A stretch of 64,000 bases of DNA from Vulcanimicrobiaceae bacterium. GTDB taxonomy: Bacteria; Vulcanimicrobiota; Vulcanimicrobiia; Vulcanimicrobiales; Vulcanimicrobiaceae. Where the stretch lies: positions 50,180 to 114,179 of the forward strand of contig JBKQHO010000007.1 of assembly GCA_052267165.1 (NCBI GenBank), in the 5' to 3' direction. Numbering within the stretch: position 1 is the stretch's first letter; each line of letters starts with the position of its first letter. A model generated the notes under the pieces. That model did no database searches and had not been told where the DNA came from. It was given only the letters and a program-made list of their open reading frames with translations. Positions 9,193 through 17,466 of the stretch are shown here, in pieces. Made by a program: the position numbers and the translations under genes.

Positions 9193-9854
9193 CGCTGAGC
9201 GGTTCGCGGCGCGAGCGGCACCCCCGCCGAGACCAGGAAATCCCGCAGGCCGGCCAGATCGATCGCGGTCGTCGGCGCGCCGACCTCAGCGCTCGAAGCC
9301 AAACCGACGACCGAGCCGGTCGCGTCGACGACCGCGGCGGACGGGCCGCCGCGCGAACCGCGCGCGAGCGTGAAGGTGGAACTCGCCGGCGCAACCGCAT
9401 CGACGGTCGCCGTTTCGACGCGCACGTGCACGCGCGAGCCGGTCGAAAGCGTGGCCAGCGCGACCGGCTGGCCGGGCGCCACGCGGCCGAGCGCCGCGGA
9501 GAGCGGCGGCAGGCGCGGTTCATCGACCGTGATCAGCGCGGCGTTGAGGTTCGACGGCGCGCGAGCCGCGACGCGTCCGACCAGCGCCGGCGCATGCGCT
9601 CCGCCGACGAACACGTCGACGCTGGCCGCGGTTCCCAGCGGATCCTTCGGTACCAAAATATATGAGCCGTGCGGATCGGAGGCGACCACGACACCGGTGA
9701 GCGAGGTCACGACCATGCCGCTGCGGACTAACACCAATGCAAGCGACGGGAGGTCACGTGCCGCCGCCGCGCTCGAATCGGCGAAAGCGCGTGCGGGCAT
9801 CGACCAAGCCAGGGCGATCGTAAGGACCGCCAGGGCATGCCGCAATCTCAGCAT
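9189..9854 (-). CDS. secreted trypsin-like (S1C-like) domain protein, divergent and possibly non-catalytic
   Basis: Signal peptide MLRLRHALAVLTIALAWSMPARAFA; an alternative start is at 9878. It has GSRGGP where S1C proteases carry GNSGGP. The ORF-track start at 10103 is an unlikely extension that overlaps the divergent gene. Confidence 0.5.
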   Translation of the reverse strand: MLRLRHALAVLTIALAWSMPARAFADSSAAAARDLPSLALVLVRSGMVVTSLTGVVVASDPHGSYILVPKDPLGTAASVDVFVGGAHAPALVGRVAARAPSNLNAALITVDEPRLPPLSAALGRVAPGQPVALATLSTGSRVHVRVETATVDAVAPASSTFTLARGSRGGPSAAVVDATGSVVGLASSAEVGAPTTAIDLAGLRDFLVSAGVPLAPRTAQR

Positions 9855-9884
9855 ATCCAAAGGATCGGCCGCTACCATGGACAC

Positions 9885-10442
9885 ATGAAGTACGCCCTGG
9901 GACTCTTGAGTCTCGCATTCCTCCTCCCGCCGGCCGCCGCGCTGGCGGACGATACCCAGCCCCCACCGCCCCCACCCGGTGCCAGCGCACCGGCCGGCGA
10001 CCAGCACGCATTCTTTAATCGCATGCGTGAGGACCACGCGCAGATCGCCAAGATCATGCTGCAAGCGCGCTCGCAGATGCTCGGCGCCCTGACGCCCGAG
10101 CATCGCGCGCTGCTCGCCAAGGTGGTCGGCCAGCTCGCCGTCTCGACGAACCCCGACCCCGAGGCGGCTGCCCGTCAGCTCGATGCGGCCCTGTCGCCGT
10201 CGGAGGGCAAAGCGGTCTTAGCCGCTGAAGAGAACGCCCACACGCAGATGCGCAGCCTAATGCAGGGCGCGCGCGAGCACGGCGCTCGGCCCGGCGGCAA
10301 TATGGGACCCGGCCGCGGAGGACCGGGGGGACCCGGCGGACCGCCGCCCGACGGCAAGCGGCACGAGCACCGGACGCCTGACGCCGGCCGCATTCTGCTG
10401 CGCATGGCGAGCTTCGCTCCGATGGAGCGCGGCCCGCGCTAA
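9885..10442 (+). CDS. secreted hypothetical protein (helical, Pro/Gly-rich tail)
   Basis: Internal start MKYALGLLSLAFLLPPAAALA gives a signal peptide. A helical core follows (MREDHAQIAKIMLQARSQMLGALTPEHRALL), then GPGRGGPGGPGGPPP. It loosely resembles Spy/CpxP-type periplasmic proteins, but I could not confirm that. Confidence 0.5.
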   Translation: MKYALGLLSLAFLLPPAAALADDTQPPPPPPGASAPAGDQHAFFNRMREDHAQIAKIMLQARSQMLGALTPEHRALLAKVVGQLAVSTNPDPEAAARQLDAALSPSEGKAVLAAEENAHTQMRSLMQGAREHGARPGGNMGPGRGGPGGPGGPPPDGKRHEHRTPDAGRILLRMASFAPMERGPR

Positions 10443-10584
10443 CGCTGTCTAAGTCTAACGGTCCCCTTCGCGGAATCTCCGTCGAGGCGGCGGCGCAGCC
10501 GCTGCGCTTCCGCTTCGACACGACGGCCGAACCCGGTAACGTTCGCGATACGTCGAGTTCACGAGCGCGTGGCACGATGCGGGG

Positions 10585-11169
10585 ATGTCTTCGGTCGTCG
10601 ATTCGAGTGCCATCCTCATTCGCGGCGGTTCGGCCGCGATCGCAGCGGCGATCGGTGAAGCGTTAGCGCGCTTCGGTGAGCCAGCGCTTGCCTTCGCCGC
10701 CGCGCACGGCATCGCGATCGTTCCGCTCGACGGCGCGCAACGCTATCGCGAAGCGTCCGCGTCCCTGCGCCGCCTCGGCGTCGACGTCGACGCGTGGCCC
10801 GTTCCGCCGGCCGGACTGTTCGTCGTCGAAGAGCGCACGGTGTATCTTCGCCAGCCGAGCCCGATGACGGTCGCGCACGAGTTCGGCCACGCGCTGGATT
10901 GCGCGCTCGGCGGCGGGGTCTACCGCAGCGGCTACGATCTGCGCGTCCGCCGCGCGTTCGCGCGGGCCCGCGAGTTCGTGACACCCTACGCTGCGACGGG
11001 CCTTGACGAGTATTTCGCCGAGTCGCTGCGCGCGTACGTGGAAGTCAACGATCCGCACTCGCCGTGGCCCAAAGCGACCCGCGTGCGCCTGGCCGCCGTC
11101 GACCGGCCGATGCACGACTTCGTCGCCGAGCTGTTCGCCCAGACGCTCGGCGCGCGCAGCGCCGGCTAG
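10585..11169 (+). CDS. small HExxH zinc metallopeptidase, anthrax-lethal-factor-like (ATLF/M34-like) motif set
   Basis: 194 aa, no signal peptide. HEFGHALD is followed about 40 aa later by DEYFAESLRAY. This is the same HEFGHAxD...E[FY]FAE arrangement I recall from the lethal factor catalytic domain. Confidence 0.6.
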   Translation: MSSVVDSSAILIRGGSAAIAAAIGEALARFGEPALAFAAAHGIAIVPLDGAQRYREASASLRRLGVDVDAWPVPPAGLFVVEERTVYLRQPSPMTVAHEFGHALDCALGGGVYRSGYDLRVRRAFARAREFVTPYAATGLDEYFAESLRAYVEVNDPHSPWPKATRVRLAAVDRPMHDFVAELFAQTLGARSAG

Positions 11170-11199
11170 CGCTAGCGCGGCTACCGGGACCCGCGAACG

Positions 11200-12432
11200 T
11201 CAGGCCGCTTGTGCGGCCGAGGGCTCGATCTTGACGCGCCGGCGCTCGCTGCCCGCGGCCCAAATCAAGGCGACCAGCAAGAAGTTCGCGACCAGCGAGC
11301 TTCCGCCGTACGACACGAACGGCAGCGTGATGCCGGTGAGCGGGAACAGGCCGAGCACGCCGCCCACGATGATCGCAACCTGAAAGCCGAGCGTCGCCGC
11401 GAGTCCGGTCGCCAACAGCTTCGCGTAGAGGTCGGGCTGCGACTGCGCTACGGCCAGCGCGCGCAGGAGCAAGACGAGAAAGGCCACGACCAACACGATG
11501 CCGCCAAGCGCGCCGAACTCTTCGCTGAGCGCGGCATAGATGTAATCGGTGCTGACGGCGGGTATGTAATCGGGGTGCCCGAGGCCGTATCCCGTTCCGA
11601 ACAGACCGCCGGCGGCCAGCGAAAAGAGCCCTTGCAGCGCTTGATAACCGCGTCCCAGCGGATCGGCGAAGGGATCGCGCCAGACCGCGAAGCGCGCGTC
11701 GACGTAGCTGTAATGCCGCACGGCCCACCAGACCGCCAGCGCGAAGAGTCCGAAGCCTCCGGCGATCAAGTCGACGCGCCGGGTCGCGACGTAGAGCATC
11801 GCCGCGAACGTCGCGAGCAGCAGCGTCGCCATGCCGATGTCGCGTTCAAACACGAGGATCGCCATCGACGCGCCCCAGCCCAGGAACAGCGGGCCCAAAT
11901 ATTTCGCGTTGGCGCGGAACGACCACGGCTTGGCGGCCGCGATCACGTCGGCGGTCTCCGCCAAATACGCCGCCATGAAGAGCACGATGAAGAGCTTGAT
12001 CAACTCGATCGGCTCGTATTGGATCGGGCCGATCCGAATCCAGAGCTTCGCGCCGTTGACCTCCTGGCCGAAGAGCGCGACCAACACGAACAGCACGATC
12101 GAGCCCAAGACCCAGATATACTTGTAGGCCGCGAACCGGCGAAAGCGATCGAACACGAAACCGGCCGCGAGCGCGAGCGCGAGCGAGAGCCCGAGCCACT
12201 GCTCCTGCCGTTGCGCGAGCACGCTCGAAAGACGCGCCACCATCGTCAGCCCTAAGCACGAGATCAAGACCGCGAGCGCCGGCAGCACGTCGTCGCGGCG
12301 CACGTCGAGCGGAGAGCGAAGGACCCAGGCGAACGCGCCGGCCGCCAGCAGCGCCAGCACCCACGACGGCCCGAGCGCACTGCGCGGAGCCAACGACAAC
12401 GCGAAACCACCGACGGCGAGCGCCGCCGCCAT
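11200..12432 (-). CDS. rodA: SEDS-family peptidoglycan glycosyltransferase (RodA/FtsW)
   Basis: 410 aa polytopic membrane protein. SEDS signatures GPIQYEPIELIKLFIVLFMAAYL and GLGHPDYIPAVSTDYIYA. It follows fhaA-fhaB-PP2C, as in actinobacterial rodA loci. Confidence 0.85.
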   Translation of the reverse strand: MAAALAVGGFALSLAPRSALGPSWVLALLAAGAFAWVLRSPLDVRRDDVLPALAVLISCLGLTMVARLSSVLAQRQEQWLGLSLALALAAGFVFDRFRRFAAYKYIWVLGSIVLFVLVALFGQEVNGAKLWIRIGPIQYEPIELIKLFIVLFMAAYLAETADVIAAAKPWSFRANAKYLGPLFLGWGASMAILVFERDIGMATLLLATFAAMLYVATRRVDLIAGGFGLFALAVWWAVRHYSYVDARFAVWRDPFADPLGRGYQALQGLFSLAAGGLFGTGYGLGHPDYIPAVSTDYIYAALSEEFGALGGIVLVVAFLVLLLRALAVAQSQPDLYAKLLATGLAATLGFQVAIIVGGVLGLFPLTGITLPFVSYGGSSLVANFLLVALIWAAGSERRRVKIEPSAAQAA

Positions 12433-12445
12433 CGGGGCGACGCGC

Positions 12446-13375
12446 TTAAGAACGATCGGAATTAACGATGACCGGCGGATGATCGATCAAACCGAAGCGG
12501 AACACGTAGATGCCGACCGAGATCGCCGCGACCAGCAACAAGACGACCGCGACGAGCGTCCGAATGCGGCGTTCGAAACGCGCGCCCGCGGTGGCCGCCG
12601 GGAAAGAGGCGACGAGCAATTCGCGGGCGACGATCAGCGTGCCGTTGTCGACGCTTCCCCGAGAGCGCGTGGTCGCGAGGATGCGCGTCACGGCCTCCGA
12701 GGCGCTGTCGCAGTGCAGCAGGGCGTCGCCGATCTCCTCGCCGTCGACGCAACGGTGCACGCCGTCCGTGCAGAGCACCAGCTGATCGCCTGCGAGCAAC
12801 TCGACGTGCGCGATGCTCGCCTCCAGCTTGGCCTGCGTGCCCAGGCTGCGCCACAGCACGCCGCGCGTGCGCGGACGGGCCGGCAACGACGTCTTGGCAC
12901 TGGTCACGGCGGCGTCGGCAAACAGCGCGTCGTCCACCGTCAGCGGCTCGAGATGACCCAAGCGCAACAGATACGCGCGCGCGTCGCCGACGTGGCCTAC
13001 GAAGGCGTGCCGGCCGACCACCAGCACCGCCGTCAGCGACGAGCCGCTGGCGACGAAATCCTCATGGCTGCCGCTCTGCGCGAAGAGGCGCGCGTTGGCA
13101 TGATCGAGCGCGGAGAGCAGCAAGGCGCGCAGGTTCGCCGGTGAGCTTTGCCGTCCCCCGAAGGCGCCGAGGCGATGGCGGCGGCGCAGATAGTCACGCA
13201 CCGTCGAGACCGCGAGCGAGGCGGTCGTGCCGCGTCCGAGCGACCCGAACCCGTCCGCGATTCCGAGGAAGGTGACGTTGGGCGCGATCGACTCGCTCGC
13301 GTACGCGTCGCTCTGCTGCCGCTGCCACAGCCCTAGTTCGGAACCGACTGCTACTTCCACGGCCCCACCCCGCAA
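12446..13375 (-). CDS. PP2C-family Ser/Thr protein phosphatase with C-terminal TM anchor
   Basis: IADGFGS, GHVGDARAY and LVLCTDGV motifs; C-terminal hydrophobic helix LVAVVLLLVAAISVGIYVF. Start uncertain: TTG at 13375 or GTG at 13360, and both overlap the fhaB-like stop. Confidence 0.85.
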   Translation of the reverse strand: MRGGAVEVAVGSELGLWQRQQSDAYASESIAPNVTFLGIADGFGSLGRGTTASLAVSTVRDYLRRRHRLGAFGGRQSSPANLRALLLSALDHANARLFAQSGSHEDFVASGSSLTAVLVVGRHAFVGHVGDARAYLLRLGHLEPLTVDDALFADAAVTSAKTSLPARPRTRGVLWRSLGTQAKLEASIAHVELLAGDQLVLCTDGVHRCVDGEEIGDALLHCDSASEAVTRILATTRSRGSVDNGTLIVARELLVASFPAATAGARFERRIRTLVAVVLLLVAAISVGIYVFRFGLIDHPPVIVNSDRS

Positions 13376-13767
13376 AAGACGATTCGTGTCGTGCCGATGT
13401 CGATCTCGTCACCGTCGTGCAGCGGAACGGGTTCGTCGATCGGCCGCGCGTTCACCAGCGTTCCGTTGCGACTGTCGAGGTCGCGGATACTCAGGGCTCC
13501 GTCGGTGAGGTCGATTCGTGCGTGTAGCCGGCTCACTTGCGCGTCGGGGATGACCAGCGTTGCGGACGGGGCGCGCCCGATCGTAATCGGAGGCGGAACG
13601 CACACCGTTCGCGTGCGAGCATCTTCCTCCACGCGCAGCACAACCGCCTGCATCGCCGTCATGGCATCTTCGCGCTGGCGGTGCCGGCGCGGTAAGGCGA
13701 GGAGTAAGAAGAGCGACGCGGCCGCGACGACTTCCAGGCTTGCCAAGCGAGCATCGCCCGCGTTCAC
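13351..13767 (-). CDS. FHA-domain protein with N-terminal TM segment (FhaB/FipA-like)
   Basis: 138 aa. TM segment LEVVAAASLFLLLAL, then FHA core ITIGRAPSATLVIPDAQVSRLHARI...SRNGTLVN. GTGA overlap with the upstream gene. Confidence 0.85.
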   Translation of the reverse strand: MNAGDARLASLEVVAAASLFLLLALPRRHRQREDAMTAMQAVVLRVEEDARTRTVCVPPPITIGRAPSATLVIPDAQVSRLHARIDLTDGALSIRDLDSRNGTLVNARPIDEPVPLHDGDEIDIGTTRIVFCGVGPWK

Positions 13768-14429
13768 GGCGCGGCCTCCTCATCGGCTTGGACCACGAGC
13801 TCGCTGTCGCCGAGCACGACGACGTCGCCGCAGCGCAGCGTTCCGTCAGAGACGCGGCGTCCGTTCACATAGGTGCCGTTCGACGAGCCCAGATCGCTGA
13901 ACCGCACCGCGCCCTCGTTCGTCATCTCGAGCGCGAGATGGCGGCGCGAGACGCGCGGGTCGAGCAACGCGAGCTCGCACGTCGCGTCGCGCCCGACGAC
14001 GAGCGGCGCGCGCAGCGCGACCTGGGCGCCCGGCGGCACGCCGCGCCGCAGGCGCAGCGAAAGCCGGGTCGGCTCGGGCAACGGCTCGACGGCAATGCCG
14101 ACGGTGCCCGCGGCAACCGAGGGATCGGCGTGCATCGTCACCTCGGGCGCGCGTTGCGGAAAACCCGAGCGTTCGGCCAGCCGCGCCAGCATCGCGGACC
14201 ACTGCCGCTCGAGGTAAGCGCGATTGCGTTCGAAGCGCACCAGATCGCCCGGCGCGAGCAGAACGGTGAAGCGACGCCCGCCGCGCCCGTCGGGCGCGCC
14301 GCCGGCCTCGAACGCCGCGACCAGCTTACGCGCGATCTGCACCGGCTCGAGCGCGCTCGGAAAGGCCAGCGCGAAGGCTCGCTCGACGGCGCTCGCGCAG
14401 GCGGCCTCGAGCCGCGCGAACACGCTCAT
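13764..14429 (-). CDS. FhaA-like protein (DUF3662 N-terminal domain + C-terminal FHA)
   Basis: 221 aa. MSVFARLEAACASAVERAFA...PVQIARKL is the DUF3662 pattern. C-terminal FHA: LVVGRDATCELALLDPRVSRRHL...SSNGTYVNG. Confidence 0.85.
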   Translation of the reverse strand: MSVFARLEAACASAVERAFALAFPSALEPVQIARKLVAAFEAGGAPDGRGGRRFTVLLAPGDLVRFERNRAYLERQWSAMLARLAERSGFPQRAPEVTMHADPSVAAGTVGIAVEPLPEPTRLSLRLRRGVPPGAQVALRAPLVVGRDATCELALLDPRVSRRHLALEMTNEGAVRFSDLGSSNGTYVNGRRVSDGTLRCGDVVVLGDSELVVQADEEAAP

Positions 14430-14452
14430 CGCGCCCAGCGGCCCATCCGGCG

Positions 14453-14471
14453 CACTAGCGTACCACTAGCG
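14453..14471. repeat. ACTAGCG-TACC-ACTAGCG box pair (core-less relative of the 1883 motif context)
   Basis: The 17 nt ACTAGCGTACC+ACTAGC are identical to the flanks of the copy at 1875-1904, minus the 13-nt core GTCTCCGACGTAG. The rsmB stop lies inside the second box. Confidence 0.6.
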
Positions 14472-15800
14472 TTTGCCGAGGACGGCGATGTAGAAGCCGT
14501 CGCGGCCTTCGATGCCCGGCGGAACGACGACGTCGCCCGCGCTCGCGAAGGGAGCGTAGCGCGGCGGCAACTCGGCGCGCGCGAACTCCGGCGCGCCCGC
14601 CAAGAACGCTTCGACCCGGTCGCGACCTTCGCGCGGGTCGGTCGAGCAGACGCTGTACACGAGCCGCCCGCCGGGGCGCGTGCGCTCTGCCGCGGCTGCG
14701 AGCAGCGCGGCCTGGACCTCCGCCAGTCGCGCTCCGTCGTCGGGCGATTTGCGCCAGCGTGCCTCCGGATGCCGTCCGAGAACCCCGAGCCCAGAGCACG
14801 GCGCATCGAGCAGTACGGCGTCGGCACGCAGCTCGGGCGCGGCGCTGCGCGCGTCGCCCTGCACGACCGCGACCCCGCTCGCGCCGGCGCGCGCCAGCGC
14901 TTCCTCGAGCCGACGCGCGCGACGCGTCTCCAACTCGACGCAGACCAGCGAACCGCTCGCGCCTAGGCGCGCCGCCAGCTGAACGCTCTTGTTCCCGCGG
15001 CCGCTGCAGAGCTCGAGCACGCTCTCCCCCGGCTGCGGCGCCAGCAGATCGACCGGCATCGCGGCCGACTCGCCTTGCACCGTCCAGCGGCCGCCGGGGT
15101 CGTCGGCGACGCTCGAGCCTTCCGCCAGCCAAATCTCGCGCACGAACGGCGAGGGCCGCACGCTCGTGCCGGCCTGCGCCAGAGCAGCGCGCACCTCGTC
15201 GAGCGAGGCGCGCAGCGTGTTGACGCGGACCGCGTGCTGCGGCGCCGCATTGATCCCGGCGAGCGCCGCGTCCCGCGCGCCGTTGAGGGCCTCGTGCCAC
15301 TGCGCGGCGATCCAGGTCGGCACCGAATAGGCGGTGCCCGCGAAGTCGTCTTCACTCGGAAAGTCGTCGGCCTGGGGCGCGGCGGGAGCGTCGGCGATGA
15401 AACGGCGCAGGACGGCGTTGACGAGCCCGCCCGTCCCGCGGTGACCGTGGCACAAGGCGAGCTTCACCGTCTCGAAGACCGCCGCGTGAACGTCGACGCC
15501 GCCCATGAAACGCAGCTGATAGATCCCCAAGCGCAGCACTTCGACGATCGTCGGGGGCAAGGGGCGCGCGCGGCCGGCGAGATAGGGCGCCAAGTACCAA
15601 TCGAGCAGCCGCCGTTGTTTGATCGAGCCGTAGGCCAGCTCGGCCGCAAAGGCGCGGTCGCGAAGGTCGAGGCCGGCGCGGCGGGTGCGCACGTCGAACG
15701 CCGCTTGCGCGCCGCGATGCTCGGGCCCGAAGACGTCGCGCACGACCGTCAGCGCAACCTCGCGCGCCGAGCTGCGCGCGACGGGTCCAGCGGTCTTCAT
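14466..15800 (-). CDS. rsmB: 16S rRNA (cytosine967-C5)-methyltransferase
   Basis: NusB-like N-terminus followed by a SAM methyltransferase domain with DAPCSGLGVLGRHPEARW. Start taken at MKTAGP (ATG 15800), which overlaps the fmt stop as ATGA. Confidence 0.9.
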   Translation of the reverse strand: MKTAGPVARSSAREVALTVVRDVFGPEHRGAQAAFDVRTRRAGLDLRDRAFAAELAYGSIKQRRLLDWYLAPYLAGRARPLPPTIVEVLRLGIYQLRFMGGVDVHAAVFETVKLALCHGHRGTGGLVNAVLRRFIADAPAAPQADDFPSEDDFAGTAYSVPTWIAAQWHEALNGARDAALAGINAAPQHAVRVNTLRASLDEVRAALAQAGTSVRPSPFVREIWLAEGSSVADDPGGRWTVQGESAAMPVDLLAPQPGESVLELCSGRGNKSVQLAARLGASGSLVCVELETRRARRLEEALARAGASGVAVVQGDARSAAPELRADAVLLDAPCSGLGVLGRHPEARWRKSPDDGARLAEVQAALLAAAAERTRPGGRLVYSVCSTDPREGRDRVEAFLAGAPEFARAELPPRYAPFASAGDVVVPPGIEGRDGFYIAVLGKR

Positions 15801-16828
15801 CGTGCCGCCGCCGCGACGCCGAGCAGCGCGCCGCGTTCGTTCCACCAACGTTCGAGCTCGGCGGCTTCCGCCACGTCGGCCGGCGCCGGCCGCGAGCCGG
15901 CCGCGAACTCGGCGCCGCTCATCGCTTTGCGTCCCGGCGGGACGAGCCGGTCGACGACGACCCAGCCGTCCGACGCGCGCAGCAGCGGCCCCGCGCGGGT
16001 TAACAGTGCCTCGCCCGGCTCGCGCTTCACGGCCGGCCCCTCGCCGTGCAGCGCGTGCGCGAGCAGAATCTTCGTGCTGCCGACACCCGGAAGCTCCGCG
16101 CGCGCCCCCGGTTCGGCCGAGAGCGAACGAACCAAGTTCACGATGCCGGCCGCCGTCACGCGGCCGCGGTCCCCTTTCGGGCCGGCGACGCGCAGGTCGT
16201 CCTTCGTCAGGGGACGCGTGAGGGTGCGCGCGATCTCCACCTCGGAGGCGAGTCCCGCTTGCGGCGTTCGGGTCAGCGTCCCGGCTGCGGCCTGTGCGCA
16301 GGCTTGCGCCAGCAGCTCAGCGCCGAGCCGCGCGAACCGGTCGTGCAGTTCCCCGTACGTTTCGGCCGGACCGATCGGGCTGCGCTTTTGCAGCACGATG
16401 TCGCCCGTATCCATGCCGGCGTCCATCACTATGATCGTAACGCCGCTTTGGCTGACGCCGTCGCGCAGCTGCGACTGCAGGGGCGTCGCACCGCGGTAGA
16501 GCGGCAGCAGACTGGGATGGACGTTGAGCGCGCCGCGCGCGGGTAGAGCGAGGATCGCCTGCGGCACGATCTTGCCGTACGACGCGACCGCGTAGAGGTC
16601 GGCGCCCGTCGCGCGCAGCGGCTCCAGCGCCTCGCGCAAGCGCTCGGGCGTAAGCGTTGCGATGCCGAGCTCTTGTGCCGCCAGCGCCACCGGAGTGGGC
16701 TGCAGCTTGTGCCCGCGCCCCGCCGGCCGCGCCGGCTGCGTAACGACCAGCGCGCAATCCAACGCGCCCGCAAACGCGCGCAACGCCGGAACGGCAAACT
16801 CGCTCGTGCCGAAAAAGACTCCGCGCAG
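15797..16828 (-). CDS. fmt: methionyl-tRNA formyltransferase
   Basis: VVTQPARPAGRG and NVHPSLLPLYRG motifs. The conserved N-terminus (L)RGVFFGTSEFAVPAL lies upstream of the ORF-track TTG start at 16783. The only plausible initiator there is CTG at 16828, so the start is uncertain. Confidence 0.85.
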   Translation of the reverse strand: MRGVFFGTSEFAVPALRAFAGALDCALVVTQPARPAGRGHKLQPTPVALAAQELGIATLTPERLREALEPLRATGADLYAVASYGKIVPQAILALPARGALNVHPSLLPLYRGATPLQSQLRDGVSQSGVTIIVMDAGMDTGDIVLQKRSPIGPAETYGELHDRFARLGAELLAQACAQAAAGTLTRTPQAGLASEVEIARTLTRPLTKDDLRVAGPKGDRGRVTAAGIVNLVRSLSAEPGARAELPGVGSTKILLAHALHGEGPAVKREPGEALLTRAGPLLRASDGWVVVDRLVPPGRKAMSGAEFAAGSRPAPADVAEAAELERWWNERGALLGVAAAAR

Positions 16829-16842
16829 CTGTGACGTCTTTC

Positions 16843-17412
16843 TTAAGCCGAGGCGGTGCTGGGGGCGTTGCTGCGCTCGACCGCGTCGCCTTCGGCCCGC
16901 GCCGCTTCCAGCACGGCCTTCTCTTCTTCCGTGACCGCGGGACGAATGTTCTTGGCCTTGTCGATGTACAGGATGCCGTCGAGATGGTCCATCTCGTGCT
17001 GCAAGCAGCGCCCGAAGAGGCCCGTCCCTTCCAGCTCGATCTTGCGGCCGCGCCGGTCGAGGCCGGTGCAGACGACGCGTTCGAAGCGCGTGAGGTCGCC
17101 GATCATTCCGGGGACCGAGAGGCAGCCCTCGATCGACTCGATCTCGCCCTCGGTCACGGTGAACTTCGGGTTGACGACCACGAGCGGCCCGTGCTTATGC
17201 TCGTCGTCCTGCAAGTCGACCACGAAGACGCGCTTCGAGACGTTGATCTGCGGCGCGGCCAGCCCGATCCCCGGCGCGTCGTACATCGTCTCGAACATGT
17301 CGTCGAGGAGCTGCTGGAAGAGCCGATCGAGAATTTCGCTCGGTTCGACCCGTTTCGCGACCTTGCGCAAGGTCGGATGGCCGTCGGTGATGATCTCGCG
17401 GAGGTACGCCAC
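16843..17412 (-). CDS. def: peptide deformylase
   Basis: All three deformylase motifs are present: GIGLAAPQI, EGCLSVPG, QHEMDHLDG. Confidence 0.95.
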   Translation of the reverse strand: MAYLREIITDGHPTLRKVAKRVEPSEILDRLFQQLLDDMFETMYDAPGIGLAAPQINVSKRVFVVDLQDDEHKHGPLVVVNPKFTVTEGEIESIEGCLSVPGMIGDLTRFERVVCTGLDRRGRKIELEGTGLFGRCLQHEMDHLDGILYIDKAKNIRPAVTEEEKAVLEAARAEGDAVERSNAPSTASA

Positions 17413-17466
17413 GAGAAAAGTATACCAAAGCGGGCCGCAACTGGTTGCGACCCTTCCCGTGAGCTT

